64,000 nucleotides of DNA from Candidatus Thorarchaeota archaeon (GTDB taxonomy: Archaea; Asgardarchaeota; Thorarchaeia; Thorarchaeales; Thorarchaeaceae). The translations under genes were made by a program, and so were the position numbers. This document shows, piece by piece, positions 39,125-49,591 of the stretch. Below the pieces are notes generated by a model, which saw only the letters and a list, made by a program, of their open reading frames with translations, was not told the origin of the DNA and ran no database searches. The stretch is from assembly GCA_048882045.1 (NCBI GenBank), contig JBHLRZ010000008.1:48906-112905 (forward strand). Direction: 5' to 3'. The stretch's first letter is position 1; every line of letters begins with the position of its first letter.

Positions 39125-39916
39125 CTAGATTTCGTCCTCTCCTAACTCAAGCAATTCATAACTTCCAATACGTGATAATGGTAAATTGAAATCGCTTCTA
39201 GCCAATATCTCAACCAAAGCAGCTAGAATAAGCGCGACGATTACAGAACCAATGATTCTCTCAATTGGGATAATCAAAAGTGCAGGCGCAAACCACACAG
39301 TAATAGTAGCTGGGTCGACAAGCAAGGCAATGTTGAACCAAAAGACTCCTACTGCCAGACCAAACACATGATCAAGGGTAACAGCAACTATGCTCAATAA
39401 CCACATTGAAATAAAACTAAACCATCTATCAACATTCCCTATCCTCCTCAACGGTTCGAGGAACTTCTTTGACACTCTTGGTATAACAAAAACTAGGGAG
39501 AGTAGGAACACAATGAATTGGAACACAAGGAATTGTGGTAGCAAAAGTCCAATCGGGCCTATAATAAACACTCCCATGAAAATGAGATACGCAATTGGAA
39601 CTGCAAGTCGCCATCTTGTTCTCAAAGCACCGGCTCCAAATGCCCCAAAAGCTGTAGCAATTGCTGTAAATGGTCCAATTAGTGCTAAGGACGGAAACAT
39701 TAGCATAGCAATTGATGACCCTATCAATACCGCAATCACCCCAAAGAACGGTCCCAGTAGGAATCCTACAATAGGAGCTGATATGAGACCAAATGATATT
39801 GCCCCTTCTCCACCGATAGCAATGTTGTAAGGAATCAATGTGATAATGAGATGAATAGCACCAAAAATTCCTGTTAATGCCCAAGGATACGCCATAGAAC
39901 GTGATGAGATTGACAT
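39125..39916 (-). CDS. ECF transporter S-component-like membrane protein
   Basis: APIVGFLLGPFFG, DHVFG, PIERII; multiple TM segments. Confidence 0.7.
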   Translation of the reverse strand: MSISSRSMAYPWALTGIFGAIHLIITLIPYNIAIGGEGAISFGLISAPIVGFLLGPFFGVIAVLIGSSIAMLMFPSLALIGPFTAIATAFGAFGAGALRTRWRLAVPIAYLIFMGVFIIGPIGLLLPQFLVFQFIVFLLSLVFVIPRVSKKFLEPLRRIGNVDRWFSFISMWLLSIVAVTLDHVFGLAVGVFWFNIALLVDPATITVWFAPALLIIPIERIIGSVIVALILAALVEILARSDFNLPLSRIGSYELLELGEDEI

Positions 39917-39942
39917 TAATATGACCCATTATTTTTTTATTT

Positions 39943-39986
39943 AGTGTACATTAGTAAACTACATAGGTAGGTTTGTACACTTTACT
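39943..39986. promoter_or_regulatory. Inverted-repeat operator candidate in a divergent promoter
   Basis: AGTGTACA (39943-50) N23 TGTACACT (39974-81); AGTAAA (39953-58) / TTTACT (39981-86). Confidence 0.5.
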
Positions 39987-40018
39987 GCGTATCAAACCTC
40001 TATTTGAAGATGTTGGGA

Positions 40019-41344
40019 ATGACTGAAAACGAATCGAAACAATCACTATGGCCATATCTCCTCTTTCTCCCCTCGGAACAGGAAGCTAGGGACGAGTTTG
40101 TGCGTTCAGTGCTTTCATCACGGGTGGCAAGGAGTGTCTTATCTCGATTTGGCACTGATGGTCCAGTGCTGCAAAAGGATTTGGTTGAAAAACTACCTCA
40201 CTCAAACAAGAGTATCCTCTCCTACCTCTCAACTCTTCGTAAGTTTGGTTTGATAACAACAGGATCAACGATACGCCATGGAAAACGTGTGGTCTATCAT
40301 GAACTGACAAAAAGTGGATGGGGTCTTGCTCGGTTCTACTTTGAAGGTCTTCCATCTGATGTTGAGGAACTCACAGCTTTTCTGCTCGAGGACTACCTAA
40401 CACGCTTAACCACCTTGTATCGGGGACAAGGAATTTCTGAAACGATTCTCTTTGAGATATTTGCCCGGATGCGTGCTAAGGCAATACTTGAGGGGTCGAG
40501 AAAGTATTCGACTCCAGCATTTGTTCTATTTGGCGCCTCAGCATACAATACTAGGCTTGAGTGCGACAAACTTCCAGAGGCAGGTGGTCTCACGAGTTGC
40601 AACTCACCAGACAGAACATCAGGGGGCCCTACCATTGATCTTGCCATGGCTCTAGCAAATGATGGGTATGAAACATCTTTGATATCATCGGTGGGAAATG
40701 ATATGGATGGCTGGAACATCATTACCAATCTCATTGAAGGTAATATTGATGTTGGTCATATTGTCGTCGAAGATGATAAACGCACGAATGAATCAATAAT
40801 CATTGATGAGGGCGATAAAGGGTCGCGAACTCTCGTCACTGTAAGTCCCACAACAGCATTATCGATAACATCTCCTGAACAGGTTCCCTGGAGTATTGTT
40901 GAAACCTCGAAAGTTGTCTATATTGGAGAGGTTTTTGTAGAGGTGGCTGCTACTATTGCTGCTCATGCCAAGGTAACAGGTATTCCAACAGTATACAGAT
41001 GCTCAGTGCCATACTGGGAGGAATTTGGACTAAAGGGTCTCAGGCCAGTCCTTTCACAAGTTGATACCCTTATCATATCGAATAGGGCGTGGAATTGCCT
41101 CAAGAAGAATGTTGGACCACGACCTGTGTCGAGTATTAGAAAAGTATCAGATACAGCACTAGTGATTCGCCAATCAAGAAATCAGTATCAGTTGAGTCGG
41201 GTTGGTGAAAAGGATCTTTTATTTTCTAGCAAGAGTGAGTTCCCAGACATCACTGAACGCTTCACTGCTAATTTGATGATCAAAATTGCAGACGGGGTGG
41301 ATACAGAAAAAGCTGTGGAGTATGCTATTAGTGCTGAGAATTAA
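40019..41344 (+). CDS. wHTH + degenerate PfkB/ribokinase-domain protein (probable regulator)
   Basis: wHTH: QKDLVEKL...ILSYLSTLRKFGLI...YHELTKSG. PfkB: SGGP, SVGNDMDG, VDTLIISN; the GAGD motif is absent. Confidence 0.8.
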   Translation: MTENESKQSLWPYLLFLPSEQEARDEFVRSVLSSRVARSVLSRFGTDGPVLQKDLVEKLPHSNKSILSYLSTLRKFGLITTGSTIRHGKRVVYHELTKSGWGLARFYFEGLPSDVEELTAFLLEDYLTRLTTLYRGQGISETILFEIFARMRAKAILEGSRKYSTPAFVLFGASAYNTRLECDKLPEAGGLTSCNSPDRTSGGPTIDLAMALANDGYETSLISSVGNDMDGWNIITNLIEGNIDVGHIVVEDDKRTNESIIIDEGDKGSRTLVTVSPTTALSITSPEQVPWSIVETSKVVYIGEVFVEVAATIAAHAKVTGIPTVYRCSVPYWEEFGLKGLRPVLSQVDTLIISNRAWNCLKKNVGPRPVSSIRKVSDTALVIRQSRNQYQLSRVGEKDLLFSSKSEFPDITERFTANLMIKIADGVDTEKAVEYAISAEN

Positions 41345-41348
41345 TGGT

Positions 41349-42296
41349 TTAGCTACTTGATGAAGCAGCTATCCAAAAGAAGAGCCCGCCTAGTATCCAG
41401 ACGAAGAGTCCTGCCCCAAGGATGATTCCAAGAGTCGCTCCCATTCCTGAAGAGCCAAGATTGACATGCATGTTAGTGAATCTCTTGAAACCGCCAACGT
41501 ACTTAGTTTCATAGTTACAATGGAACTCCTTGTCTGTGACAGCACCACATATTCCACACACAAATCTATTTTGAAGAACTGCTCCAAAAAGACTGTCAAG
41601 GTTGCATCCAATGAATGCAGTCAATGTAGACAATGGGACAAGAATGATCAGCTGCTCTGTTGTTGTGACTGCCCAAACTGAGCCTGGTGCAATCAGAGCT
41701 ATGATAAGTGCAAGCAAGCCAATGAAAAATCCTGCAAAGAGAGCCATTCCCTCTCCAAGAAGTGAAACCGCACCAATCGTTCCTCGTGGAACTTTTCGTC
41801 GTAGATTGGTTATGAGTCTGGGTTTACTCTTACTGAAGACACCAATCTCACTAGCGAGGGTATCGGCACTTGTCGTGGCAACTGCTCCGATATATCCTCC
41901 AAACATGAGGAATGGCCAGCCAGCTGCTGCAAGATCGGGTGCAATTTCAGGACCTGTCAAAAACATGGCTATCGAGAACATCATTGGGATGATACCGCTT
42001 CCGAGGACATTGACCCAGGAACGTTTGCCCTTTCCTTCTTGGGCAAGATTGTGCTTTGCCTTCTCATTATATTTCATCTTGGTCGCAAGACCTGCGCTCA
42101 AGAAGAAAAAGAGGATGATGATGAAAGAAATAGCACCGCCTGTGTACCAAATTGTGAAACCAACAACAAAGGCACTAATGAGACCGGAGATATCTACAAA
42201 GTTCAGCCTATACGCTAAAGCTCCAACTATGGTCATAACCAATAATCCGGATACAGCCGGATGAGCTAGTATTTGCAGCATTCGCTCCACATCCAA
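41349..42296 (-). CDS. DUF92/TMEM19 (COG1836, VTE6-like) membrane protein
   Basis: RSWVNVLG, ADTLASEIG, PRLIT, GTIGAVSLLG, DSLFGAVLQ, CGICG insertion, N..VN. Confidence 0.9.
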   Translation of the reverse strand: MDVERMLQILAHPAVSGLLVMTIVGALAYRLNFVDISGLISAFVVGFTIWYTGGAISFIIILFFFLSAGLATKMKYNEKAKHNLAQEGKGKRSWVNVLGSGIIPMMFSIAMFLTGPEIAPDLAAAGWPFLMFGGYIGAVATTSADTLASEIGVFSKSKPRLITNLRRKVPRGTIGAVSLLGEGMALFAGFFIGLLALIIALIAPGSVWAVTTTEQLIILVPLSTLTAFIGCNLDSLFGAVLQNRFVCGICGAVTDKEFHCNYETKYVGGFKRFTNMHVNLGSSGMGATLGIILGAGLFVWILGGLFFWIAASSSS

Positions 42297-42631
42297 TAGT
42301 TGTTAAAGGTTTCAAACCGTGGTCATATCGCCGAAATCATTTCGAATGTTCTACGAGTATATATCATGTTCTCGTTGTTGTGTCCGGTTACCAACCAGCG
42401 GCCGAAAGTTTGCATTTATAGCTTTGCCTTAGGAATAGTTAGATTTCACTTTTTTTTCGCCAATATAATGATTTTCCTTCAGAATACGGCAAATGTCGAA
42501 CAGGAATTCCGTGATGATGTGTTCGGCAAAGGCCGAAACACCCCCGTCTTTTAGAATCGCTTCTCATATTTCTCTATCTTTAAAATAGAGGGCTATGAAT
42601 ATTTTATAATCGTAGAATATTGGCGCGAAAT

Positions 42632-45600
42632 TTAGTAGACAGTGAACTGTCTTCTAATTAGATTGATCGCTCTTGCTGGAAGTGGGCGACCGCCTTGAAC
42701 CATTACCGCATCGACGTAGTATCCAGTTACAACATCAATGGGTGGAGTCATCCATCTGATCTTTATGATGTTGTGAGTAGACTTAGGATCCGGAATTGGC
42801 AGAGTGAATTCTTTCACAAGTTCTCTAACGGTCATTATCCGAATACTCAAAGCCAAGTCTTCAATGTCTGCTCGATTACTTTCGACTGACGCAATAATGT
42901 CAATTGGTGTCAGTCTTGCTACAAGACCAGGTATCTCTTCTCCGGACTCATCCCGAACTGAAAAACTCACTTTGAATAGGGATTCGTCAATTGCTTTGAT
43001 TTTGAATCTCTGTCTGTTCTCACACGCTCTCCTACCACATCTCAGTATTGCACGTAGATGGGCAGTACTCATTTCAGCACTCATAGGGACTCGGAAAGGT
43101 ATTGGCAGAATGCGTTGCTGCCCTGGATCGAGATCTATCTCACGAGTAACGAGTAACCTGTTGCCTCCGATTGATTCGAGTTCTATTGAGAGAACACACT
43201 TTGATGCCTTCTCGAGATTGCTCGTAATCTGAACAGATGGCTGCACAATTTCATCTGGAGCAGCAAAACCTGGGAGTCCAATAAACTCGAGACTTGCAAT
43301 ATCTTCTTGAGGTCCACCAACAAGAATGATTTCCGCAGTTCTACTATCTACTTCAATTCCTGCATAACTTAGTTTGGCTATCAGAGTTACACTCCTCGGA
43401 TCAATTTCAGAACGTGGTGCTGGAATGACTATTGGACCAAAGGCAAGTGAGAGATTCTTGCTCTGTTTAACAGACTGACTCAATACACGTTGTTCCTCTC
43501 CATCGGGATATTTGAAGGACATAGTCAGAACTGCTGGTTCTCCAACCTCTGTGTTCCTCCTAACCCTCAACCATCCTGACACCTTTCCACCTACATGCGA
43601 CCTCTTTGGTAAGCGGAGTGAGTCAATGTTTACTCTCGTGGTTATCTGATCTATTCTGAACCTGTCTGATTCTGTTGATCCAATGTTTTGACCCTTGTCC
43701 ACCAGTGTTGCTTTGAGAATTCCAACACGATCAGCTGGACTCTCTGTAGTCAACGTTGGGATCTTCCACCTGAACCTTGTTTCCCCTCCCACGAATTCAT
43801 GGTGCAAGAATTCCTCTATGAGCTGTGACCTACCTGAATCGCTTTTGAACTCAAGCGTCAACCTTGCATCCTCCGTACCAGACTTCTTCCCAAGGTTACT
43901 AACAATAATTGCCCCAGAAATCAGATCTCCGGGAACGTACATGTTCTTGAACTCACAGTCCAATATGACCTGTGGACCTCGCTTGACAAATCCAATGTAG
44001 AATGGTTTTGACATTGTTTCGGCTATTTCAGACCCATCCTCATTGAGAAGTTTCAACTGAAGAACACATCTCTCCACACCGGTTGACGCATCAGGTGGAA
44101 TCAGTATTGGTGTGAACTGGGACTGATCCAAGTCAGTTGATTCGCCACTCTCAATCTCAAGGATATCCTCAGAAGTTGCCAACACCTCGCTTATGCTTGG
44201 TGACATTACACTTACTTGAGAACGAACCTTTGCTTTTAGCGGATAGTTTGTCTCAATCTGTCCCGTGAACATAACGGGAGTCTTTCCGTCAGCAAACTGG
44301 GTTGTTGTCCCTGGTTTGATTGATGCTCTCATCCAATACATATTGATAGTGCTTGAGAGAGTGATGACTCTTCCAACAAAGCCCACCTTTGCAATAATGT
44401 TGTAGGCTGCAATATTCTTCCTTGTAGCAAACGAAACGTCTGAAACATGAATCTCTCCATTCTCAATGGTTGATATGGAAATGACCTCAGTTTCAACAAG
44501 ATTCCTTTCTGAATCCTCTATCGTGTATGTGATTGCAATATCTTCCAACCTACGTCCAGTGAAATTCCTCACCAATATACTGAACTGAACCTCTTGTCCA
44601 GCAAATACCCTCTCCATATCAGTCACTATCTCTGGTTCGAGACCTTTCCACCAACAGATCCATGTTGGAAGATGAGGGGTTCCTTCAATAGGATCGTATA
44701 ACCAGTTCGTACTACACTCTCTCGTCACTTCTGCTAGCTTCTTCAGCAAAACAACCATGTTGTTGTCTGATTTTGCATAGACTTCTAGCTGGAAATCTGA
44801 ACCTGTGGTTCTCGGATTTGAGAACTCACTTCCAAATACAGATACAAGCAAGGCCTGCATGAATGGATTCTCAATGATATTGAGTTCCTCAAGTTCATCT
44901 TTTATCATGTATAACATAGAAGCAACTGCGTCACCCATGAAGCGGTTCTTCTTCTCACTCAATTCACCATTGTCAGATATTTGACTGTTGTATATCCTCA
45001 CATACTCGGACTCTTTGGCTGCACTACTCGGTCTAAACGGTCCCCACAGTCCAGCAGCAATGGCAGATTCTCTATTGGCTGCTAACGATTTTGGACCAAC
45101 ATCTGGGATTGTGACTCCACTGTACACCATCTTCTTCGCCTTTAGAGCGAGTGCTTGAAGTATTAGTGCCAAACCCATCCTTCTGGGAATCGAGAGCTGT
45201 GTGTCAAAGACTCGGATCTCGATTGTTCCATAATCTGTAAACGGATACATGTCTACCATTCGAGCGTAGCTTCGATTGACATGTCGTGCGAAAGCCTCTC
45301 TGTCAGTACCACTGAGATATGGTATCAATTCAAACTCATTTGTAGGTCCCATCTGAGTAGTGTTTCTAAACAGTCTAATGGATCTCTTGCAGCGAGGAGC
45401 TCGGACATTACCTTCTGCAGATACTTCCACCTCGTCGGTGGGTCTCTTGTTCTCAAACGGTGAATTGACTGATAACGCAATGAGATGAGGTAGGAAGTTT
45501 CTGATCATGTTGTAGACAGATATCTTCGTTGTTTCGTCCACGCTGGTATCGAGAATATGATGATGTTCACCAAAAGAGAGATTCCGTAAATACTCCTGAG

Positions 45601-46069
45601 TTGGATTCAAACCTGTTGAAACCAGAATGGCTTGGGCGTCTGTGGGAAGGGATTCCTGAGAGATTGCTATGAGCGTCTGAATCCACCAAGCAAGTTCTTC
45701 AAGTGTCGTACAGGGTGGTGTGGCAACTTCCAGAATCCAGGTAAGGCTTGTTACATTGGGGTCGTGTCCTAGGAGTGTGTATTCTTTAGGCTCACCGGTC
45801 GGATCCTCATATGCGGCAACTATTCTCGACCCTCTTTCTCCCTCTTCAGTCTGAGCCGACTGCTTGTACTTTCTTTTAACTGACTCTACATTTGATGTCC
45901 GAATTCTTTTATCAAGAAGGCCTTTCGCACTTGAAACTATTTTGTCAAACACCTGAAGGATGTTTTCTCCTCGAATCCAAGTACCATCTTTCTTAATGAC
46001 CTGTAGTTCGACCTCAATACCATGGGGAAATGGCAGCTGCATCTCTTTGTGCATAGTGGTCGATTCCAT
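42632..46069 (-). CDS. GCS2/YbdK-type carboxylate-amine ligase fused to about five Ig-like beta-sandwich domains
   Basis: GIEVELQV, LEVATPPC, FGEHHH, PHLIALSVNSPF, GTIEIRVFD in aa 1-470; then repeated G(Q/D)xV...VRN beta-rich modules. Confidence 0.8.
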   Translation of the reverse strand: MESTTMHKEMQLPFPHGIEVELQVIKKDGTWIRGENILQVFDKIVSSAKGLLDKRIRTSNVESVKRKYKQSAQTEEGERGSRIVAAYEDPTGEPKEYTLLGHDPNVTSLTWILEVATPPCTTLEELAWWIQTLIAISQESLPTDAQAILVSTGLNPTQEYLRNLSFGEHHHILDTSVDETTKISVYNMIRNFLPHLIALSVNSPFENKRPTDEVEVSAEGNVRAPRCKRSIRLFRNTTQMGPTNEFELIPYLSGTDREAFARHVNRSYARMVDMYPFTDYGTIEIRVFDTQLSIPRRMGLALILQALALKAKKMVYSGVTIPDVGPKSLAANRESAIAAGLWGPFRPSSAAKESEYVRIYNSQISDNGELSEKKNRFMGDAVASMLYMIKDELEELNIIENPFMQALLVSVFGSEFSNPRTTGSDFQLEVYAKSDNNMVVLLKKLAEVTRECSTNWLYDPIEGTPHLPTWICWWKGLEPEIVTDMERVFAGQEVQFSILVRNFTGRRLEDIAITYTIEDSERNLVETEVISISTIENGEIHVSDVSFATRKNIAAYNIIAKVGFVGRVITLSSTINMYWMRASIKPGTTTQFADGKTPVMFTGQIETNYPLKAKVRSQVSVMSPSISEVLATSEDILEIESGESTDLDQSQFTPILIPPDASTGVERCVLQLKLLNEDGSEIAETMSKPFYIGFVKRGPQVILDCEFKNMYVPGDLISGAIIVSNLGKKSGTEDARLTLEFKSDSGRSQLIEEFLHHEFVGGETRFRWKIPTLTTESPADRVGILKATLVDKGQNIGSTESDRFRIDQITTRVNIDSLRLPKRSHVGGKVSGWLRVRRNTEVGEPAVLTMSFKYPDGEEQRVLSQSVKQSKNLSLAFGPIVIPAPRSEIDPRSVTLIAKLSYAGIEVDSRTAEIILVGGPQEDIASLEFIGLPGFAAPDEIVQPSVQITSNLEKASKCVLSIELESIGGNRLLVTREIDLDPGQQRILPIPFRVPMSAEMSTAHLRAILRCGRRACENRQRFKIKAIDESLFKVSFSVRDESGEEIPGLVARLTPIDIIASVESNRADIEDLALSIRIMTVRELVKEFTLPIPDPKSTHNIIKIRWMTPPIDVVTGYYVDAVMVQGGRPLPARAINLIRRQFTVY

Positions 46070-46078
46070 GGTTAGCAC

Positions 46079-46723
46079 CTAGAACCCTGCAATGATATTC
46101 AGAATTCGTATAAGAAGCGGAATGTTTTCAGACAAGCCGTGTGAGATGGTTAGTTCAAGTATCAGTTGATCCGATCTTTTTTCAAACGTTCTGATTAATT
46201 CGGAAACGAGTGGCCCGCCACCAAATTCTCCAGCATCTTCAAGAACAACAACTCCCAAGGACTCTATCATCTTCCTTAGTAATGTTACATCGCCCTTCAA
46301 GTATCTCGTTCCTAGGATGGCGACGTTTTCTCTCTCAATTGGTCGAGGGAACTCTGACCATCGAAGGTTTACTATATATTCAACATGCTTCTTTTGATCC
46401 TCAGCAGTCACCATGTTAACAATACTTGCAACTGTTGATTGCGATTCAGTTCTGTCACTAGATTTAATCAGTGTGGGAATACCTCGTCCTTTCAGGTTGC
46501 TAAGAACACGCTCAAGCGGATCCCCCTGTATTAGGCCCGAAAGGACACATACGACTCCTCGTGAAGCTCCTTGTACAAAGACACCACTTGAAGAGAAATC
46601 ACTTACCCGCATACTTCTCTCAATAGGTTCCAGTGCAGCATTCAAGTCCGAAAGTCTTTCCAGCAGAACATTGAGAACACTCTCTGCTCTCTCAAGTTCA
46701 TGCAAAAGACTGGATCTACTCAT
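46079..46723 (-). CDS. Hypothetical protein, possibly degenerate N-formylglutamate amidohydrolase-like fold
   Basis: N-terminal coiled coil; C-terminal EFGGGPLV...ILELTISHGL; directly precedes the ligase gene. Confidence 0.55.
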   Translation of the reverse strand: MSRSSLLHELERAESVLNVLLERLSDLNAALEPIERSMRVSDFSSSGVFVQGASRGVVCVLSGLIQGDPLERVLSNLKGRGIPTLIKSSDRTESQSTVASIVNMVTAEDQKKHVEYIVNLRWSEFPRPIERENVAILGTRYLKGDVTLLRKMIESLGVVVLEDAGEFGGGPLVSELIRTFEKRSDQLILELTISHGLSENIPLLIRILNIIAGF

Positions 46724-46792
46724 ATTCCTTGGCCACTCTCTGAATTTGGAATTGCAAACGAATCGTTATGTACTTTCTTAGCTTTGCAGCCT

Positions 46793-47230
46793 CTATGACT
46801 TAGCAATCAGAGCTTGAAGTTCACTCATTTTTGCTCTGAAATCTTTCAGTCTGTACCAAGCTGATTCTCGGCCTCCGCCTTCTGAGAGTTTCCGTATGAG
46901 AATCCCATATTCAAAACCAGCAATATCTCCCAGAATCACCAAAGCTCTTTCGGAAGTGAAGTGAGACTCATCTACTCGTCCATCTCTATATCTAGTTATT
47001 AATGGCTTCAGGGCTTTCTCTGCAGAATCGAGGTTGATAAGAGCTTGACGATAGTTCTCTTTGGAGTCCTTGATTGCGTATCCTCCTACAAGTGGTGTCA
47101 TTCCAATACCCAAGGAACCTCTACCAATTTCATCAAGAACCTCCATTGCATTTTCAATGTACTCATCAGCATTTTCAAGACATTTCCTTATCGCACGAAG
47201 AATCCTGTTTCTATCTCCGGATTCTGTCAT
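46793..47230 (-). CDS. Hypothetical helical protein
   Basis: 145-aa ORF with GGAGG SD. Confidence 0.65.
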   Translation of the reverse strand: MTESGDRNRILRAIRKCLENADEYIENAMEVLDEIGRGSLGIGMTPLVGGYAIKDSKENYRQALINLDSAEKALKPLITRYRDGRVDESHFTSERALVILGDIAGFEYGILIRKLSEGGGRESAWYRLKDFRAKMSELQALIAKS

Positions 47231-47318
47231 CTAGACCCTCCACTTAAGTCTTGAAAGGAGAAATTGAATTGAATTTGGATGGCTCTGTAGAAGCACTCGG
47301 AATTCATGCTCGCTACTC

Positions 47319-48377
47319 TCAGAGCTGTGCTTCAGGCAGCTCGCCAGCAAAGTGACAGGCCACAAGATGTCCTTCACCCATGTCACGATCCTCTGGAATT
47401 TCTCTTACGCAGATTTCTTGAGCGTATGGACACCTGGGATGGAATCGACAACCAGAAGGCACATTGATTGGACTTGGTGGCTCGCCTTTCAGTGATTCAA
47501 CTCTCCGCTTCACAGTAGGATCTCCTGATGGTACAGCTGAGATCAACGCGCGTGTGTAGGGATGCAATGGATTGAATGCCACATCATGTGCAGGACCAAG
47601 CTCCATAATCTTCCCAAGGTACATAATTCCAATTCTATCCGCGATATATGTTGCTACAGCCAAGTCGTGTGTGATGAATAGATAAGTGAGTCCGAGCTCC
47701 TCTCTCAAGTTCAGAAGCAGATTCAAGATCTCTGCACGGATTGATACATCGAGCATTGAAACTGGTTCGTCTGCTACCATGAACTCGGGGTGGAGAATGA
47801 GAGCTCTCGCAACGGATATTCTCTGACGTTGACCCCCTGATAGCTCGTGCGGAAATCTGTCAATATAGTCTTCTGCAGGAGTGAGTGCAACACTTTCGAG
47901 AGCTTCAAGGACACGTTGACGTCTCTGGCTTGGTGTCAAGGGAATCTTGTGAACCAGAATTGGTTCTTCTACTATACTGAAGATGCTCTGCTTGGGATTC
48001 AATGATTCATATGGGTCTTGGAAGGTGATCTGCATTCTCTTTCTGAGTTCTTTGATCTCATTACGGTCAAGAGTTGAAAGACTCTGTCCTGCATATATCA
48101 CATCTCCATCAGTAGGAATCTCTAGGTGAAGAATGCATCTCCCAGTAGTTGTCTTGCCGCAGCCGCTTTCACCAGCAAGTACGAGGACTTCTCCCTTGAT
48201 GATGTCAAAGTTGATTCCGTCGACAGCTTTCACAAAAAGTTCCTGTTTGTACAGCATTGAGGAGAGAAATCCGGTGTTAACTGGGAACCACTTTCTCAGT
48301 CCCCTTACGTTAATCAGAGGCTTTCCATCTTCAATTTCAGTGGACCCTGCAAGAACTTTAGATTCGTCAATTGTCAT
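47319..48377 (-). CDS. oppF: Oligopeptide ABC transporter ATP-binding protein
   Basis: [33 protein letters not shown]. Confidence 0.9.
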   Translation of the reverse strand: MTIDESKVLAGSTEIEDGKPLINVRGLRKWFPVNTGFLSSMLYKQELFVKAVDGINFDIIKGEVLVLAGESGCGKTTTGRCILHLEIPTDGDVIYAGQSLSTLDRNEIKELRKRMQITFQDPYESLNPKQSIFSIVEEPILVHKIPLTPSQRRQRVLEALESVALTPAEDYIDRFPHELSGGQRQRISVARALILHPEFMVADEPVSMLDVSIRAEILNLLLNLREELGLTYLFITHDLAVATYIADRIGIMYLGKIMELGPAHDVAFNPLHPYTRALISAVPSGDPTVKRRVESLKGEPPSPINVPSGCRFHPRCPYAQEICVREIPEDRDMGEGHLVACHFAGELPEAQL

Positions 48378-48383
48378 TGTCCA

Positions 48384-49373
48384 TCACTCCAACGAAATTT
48401 CAATCTCGCCTCTCAGCTGCTCAGCGAAGTGGCATGAAACAAATCGGTCAGGCTCAATCTCGATGGCTGGTGGGTCCTCCTTCGAACAGATGTCCTTTGC
48501 ATATGGGCATCGTGGGTGGAACCTACAACCTGGGGGCGGAATGATGAGATCTGGTGGTGAACCAGGAATGGAAGTCAATGTCTTGTGCTCTGCTTTCACC
48601 ATGGTTGGAATTGCGCCTACTAGACCAGTGGCATATGGGTGTACTGGATCCTTGAAGACCGAAACCACATCCGCAAGCTCTGCTATTTTCCCAGCATACA
48701 TGATAGCTGTCTTGTCACAGGTTTCAGCGATGACACTCAGATCGTGTGTGATCAGAATGAGTGACAGTCCCAAATCCTTCTGGAGCTTCTGCATGAGCTT
48801 TAGAATCTGTGCTTGAATTGTAACGTCAAGTGCTGTTGTTGGCTCGTCTGCGATTACGAGGTCTGGATTACAAGCCAGTGCCATTGCAATCATGGCTCTC
48901 TGCCTCATTCCCCCAGAAAATTCGTGTGGGTAGTTTCCAAGACGACTGGGATCGAGGCCAACCATTTCGAAGAGCTTGGCACATCTATCGATCGCTTCTT
49001 CCTCTGTGACATTCTCGTGCATGAGGATTGCTTCTGCAATCTGTTCACCGATCTCAAATACGGGATTTAAGGCGTTCATAGCCCCTTGAAATACGATAGC
49101 GACGTTCTTCCAGCGAATGTCACGCATTTCCTTTGCTGTCTTGCGAATCAAGTCATCGCCCTTAAAATAGACATTTCCTCCGATGATGTTCGCAGCAGGT
49201 GGAAGGAGTTGCATTATTGAATAAGCCAAACTACTCTTTCCGCAACCTGATTCTCCTGCAAGTCCAATAGACTCTCCCGGTTCAAGTGTGAGAGAAACAT
49301 CGTCGACAGCTTTTACAAGACCCTTTCGAGTTTGATAATACATGCGTAAATTCCTAATGTCTAGCAGGGGCAT
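48384..49373 (-). CDS. oppD: Oligopeptide ABC transporter ATP-binding protein
   Basis: [40 protein letters not shown]. Confidence 0.9.
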   Translation of the reverse strand: MPLLDIRNLRMYYQTRKGLVKAVDDVSLTLEPGESIGLAGESGCGKSSLAYSIMQLLPPAANIIGGNVYFKGDDLIRKTAKEMRDIRWKNVAIVFQGAMNALNPVFEIGEQIAEAILMHENVTEEEAIDRCAKLFEMVGLDPSRLGNYPHEFSGGMRQRAMIAMALACNPDLVIADEPTTALDVTIQAQILKLMQKLQKDLGLSLILITHDLSVIAETCDKTAIMYAGKIAELADVVSVFKDPVHPYATGLVGAIPTMVKAEHKTLTSIPGSPPDLIIPPPGCRFHPRCPYAKDICSKEDPPAIEIEPDRFVSCHFAEQLRGEIEISLE

Positions 49374-49591
49374 GTCAATACACTCCGATGAGCCAGAGTG
49401 GCTCTGGGCGTGGAATCACCTCACCCATGTGGGGTACCGTTCCTCTGTGGTTGGCTTAAATATGTTGCCTTCAAAGAGATTCCTCAGGAGACATTATAGC
49501 TCCATTTCCTTACTATATTGAATTCTCAAAGCCAACTCAGGATTCGCTTTATTGGAAAAAGTAAAAGGGAGTTCACTTCATTGCTGACTCG

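Noticed and set aside
39916-40010. TPP or other riboswitch upstream of the ECF S-component
   Set aside because: The spacer is short and AT-rich and lacks the conserved aptamer motifs.
42511-42560. GTGATGA C-box-like motif suggesting a C/D sRNA
   Set aside because: No CTGA D box at a suitable distance downstream.
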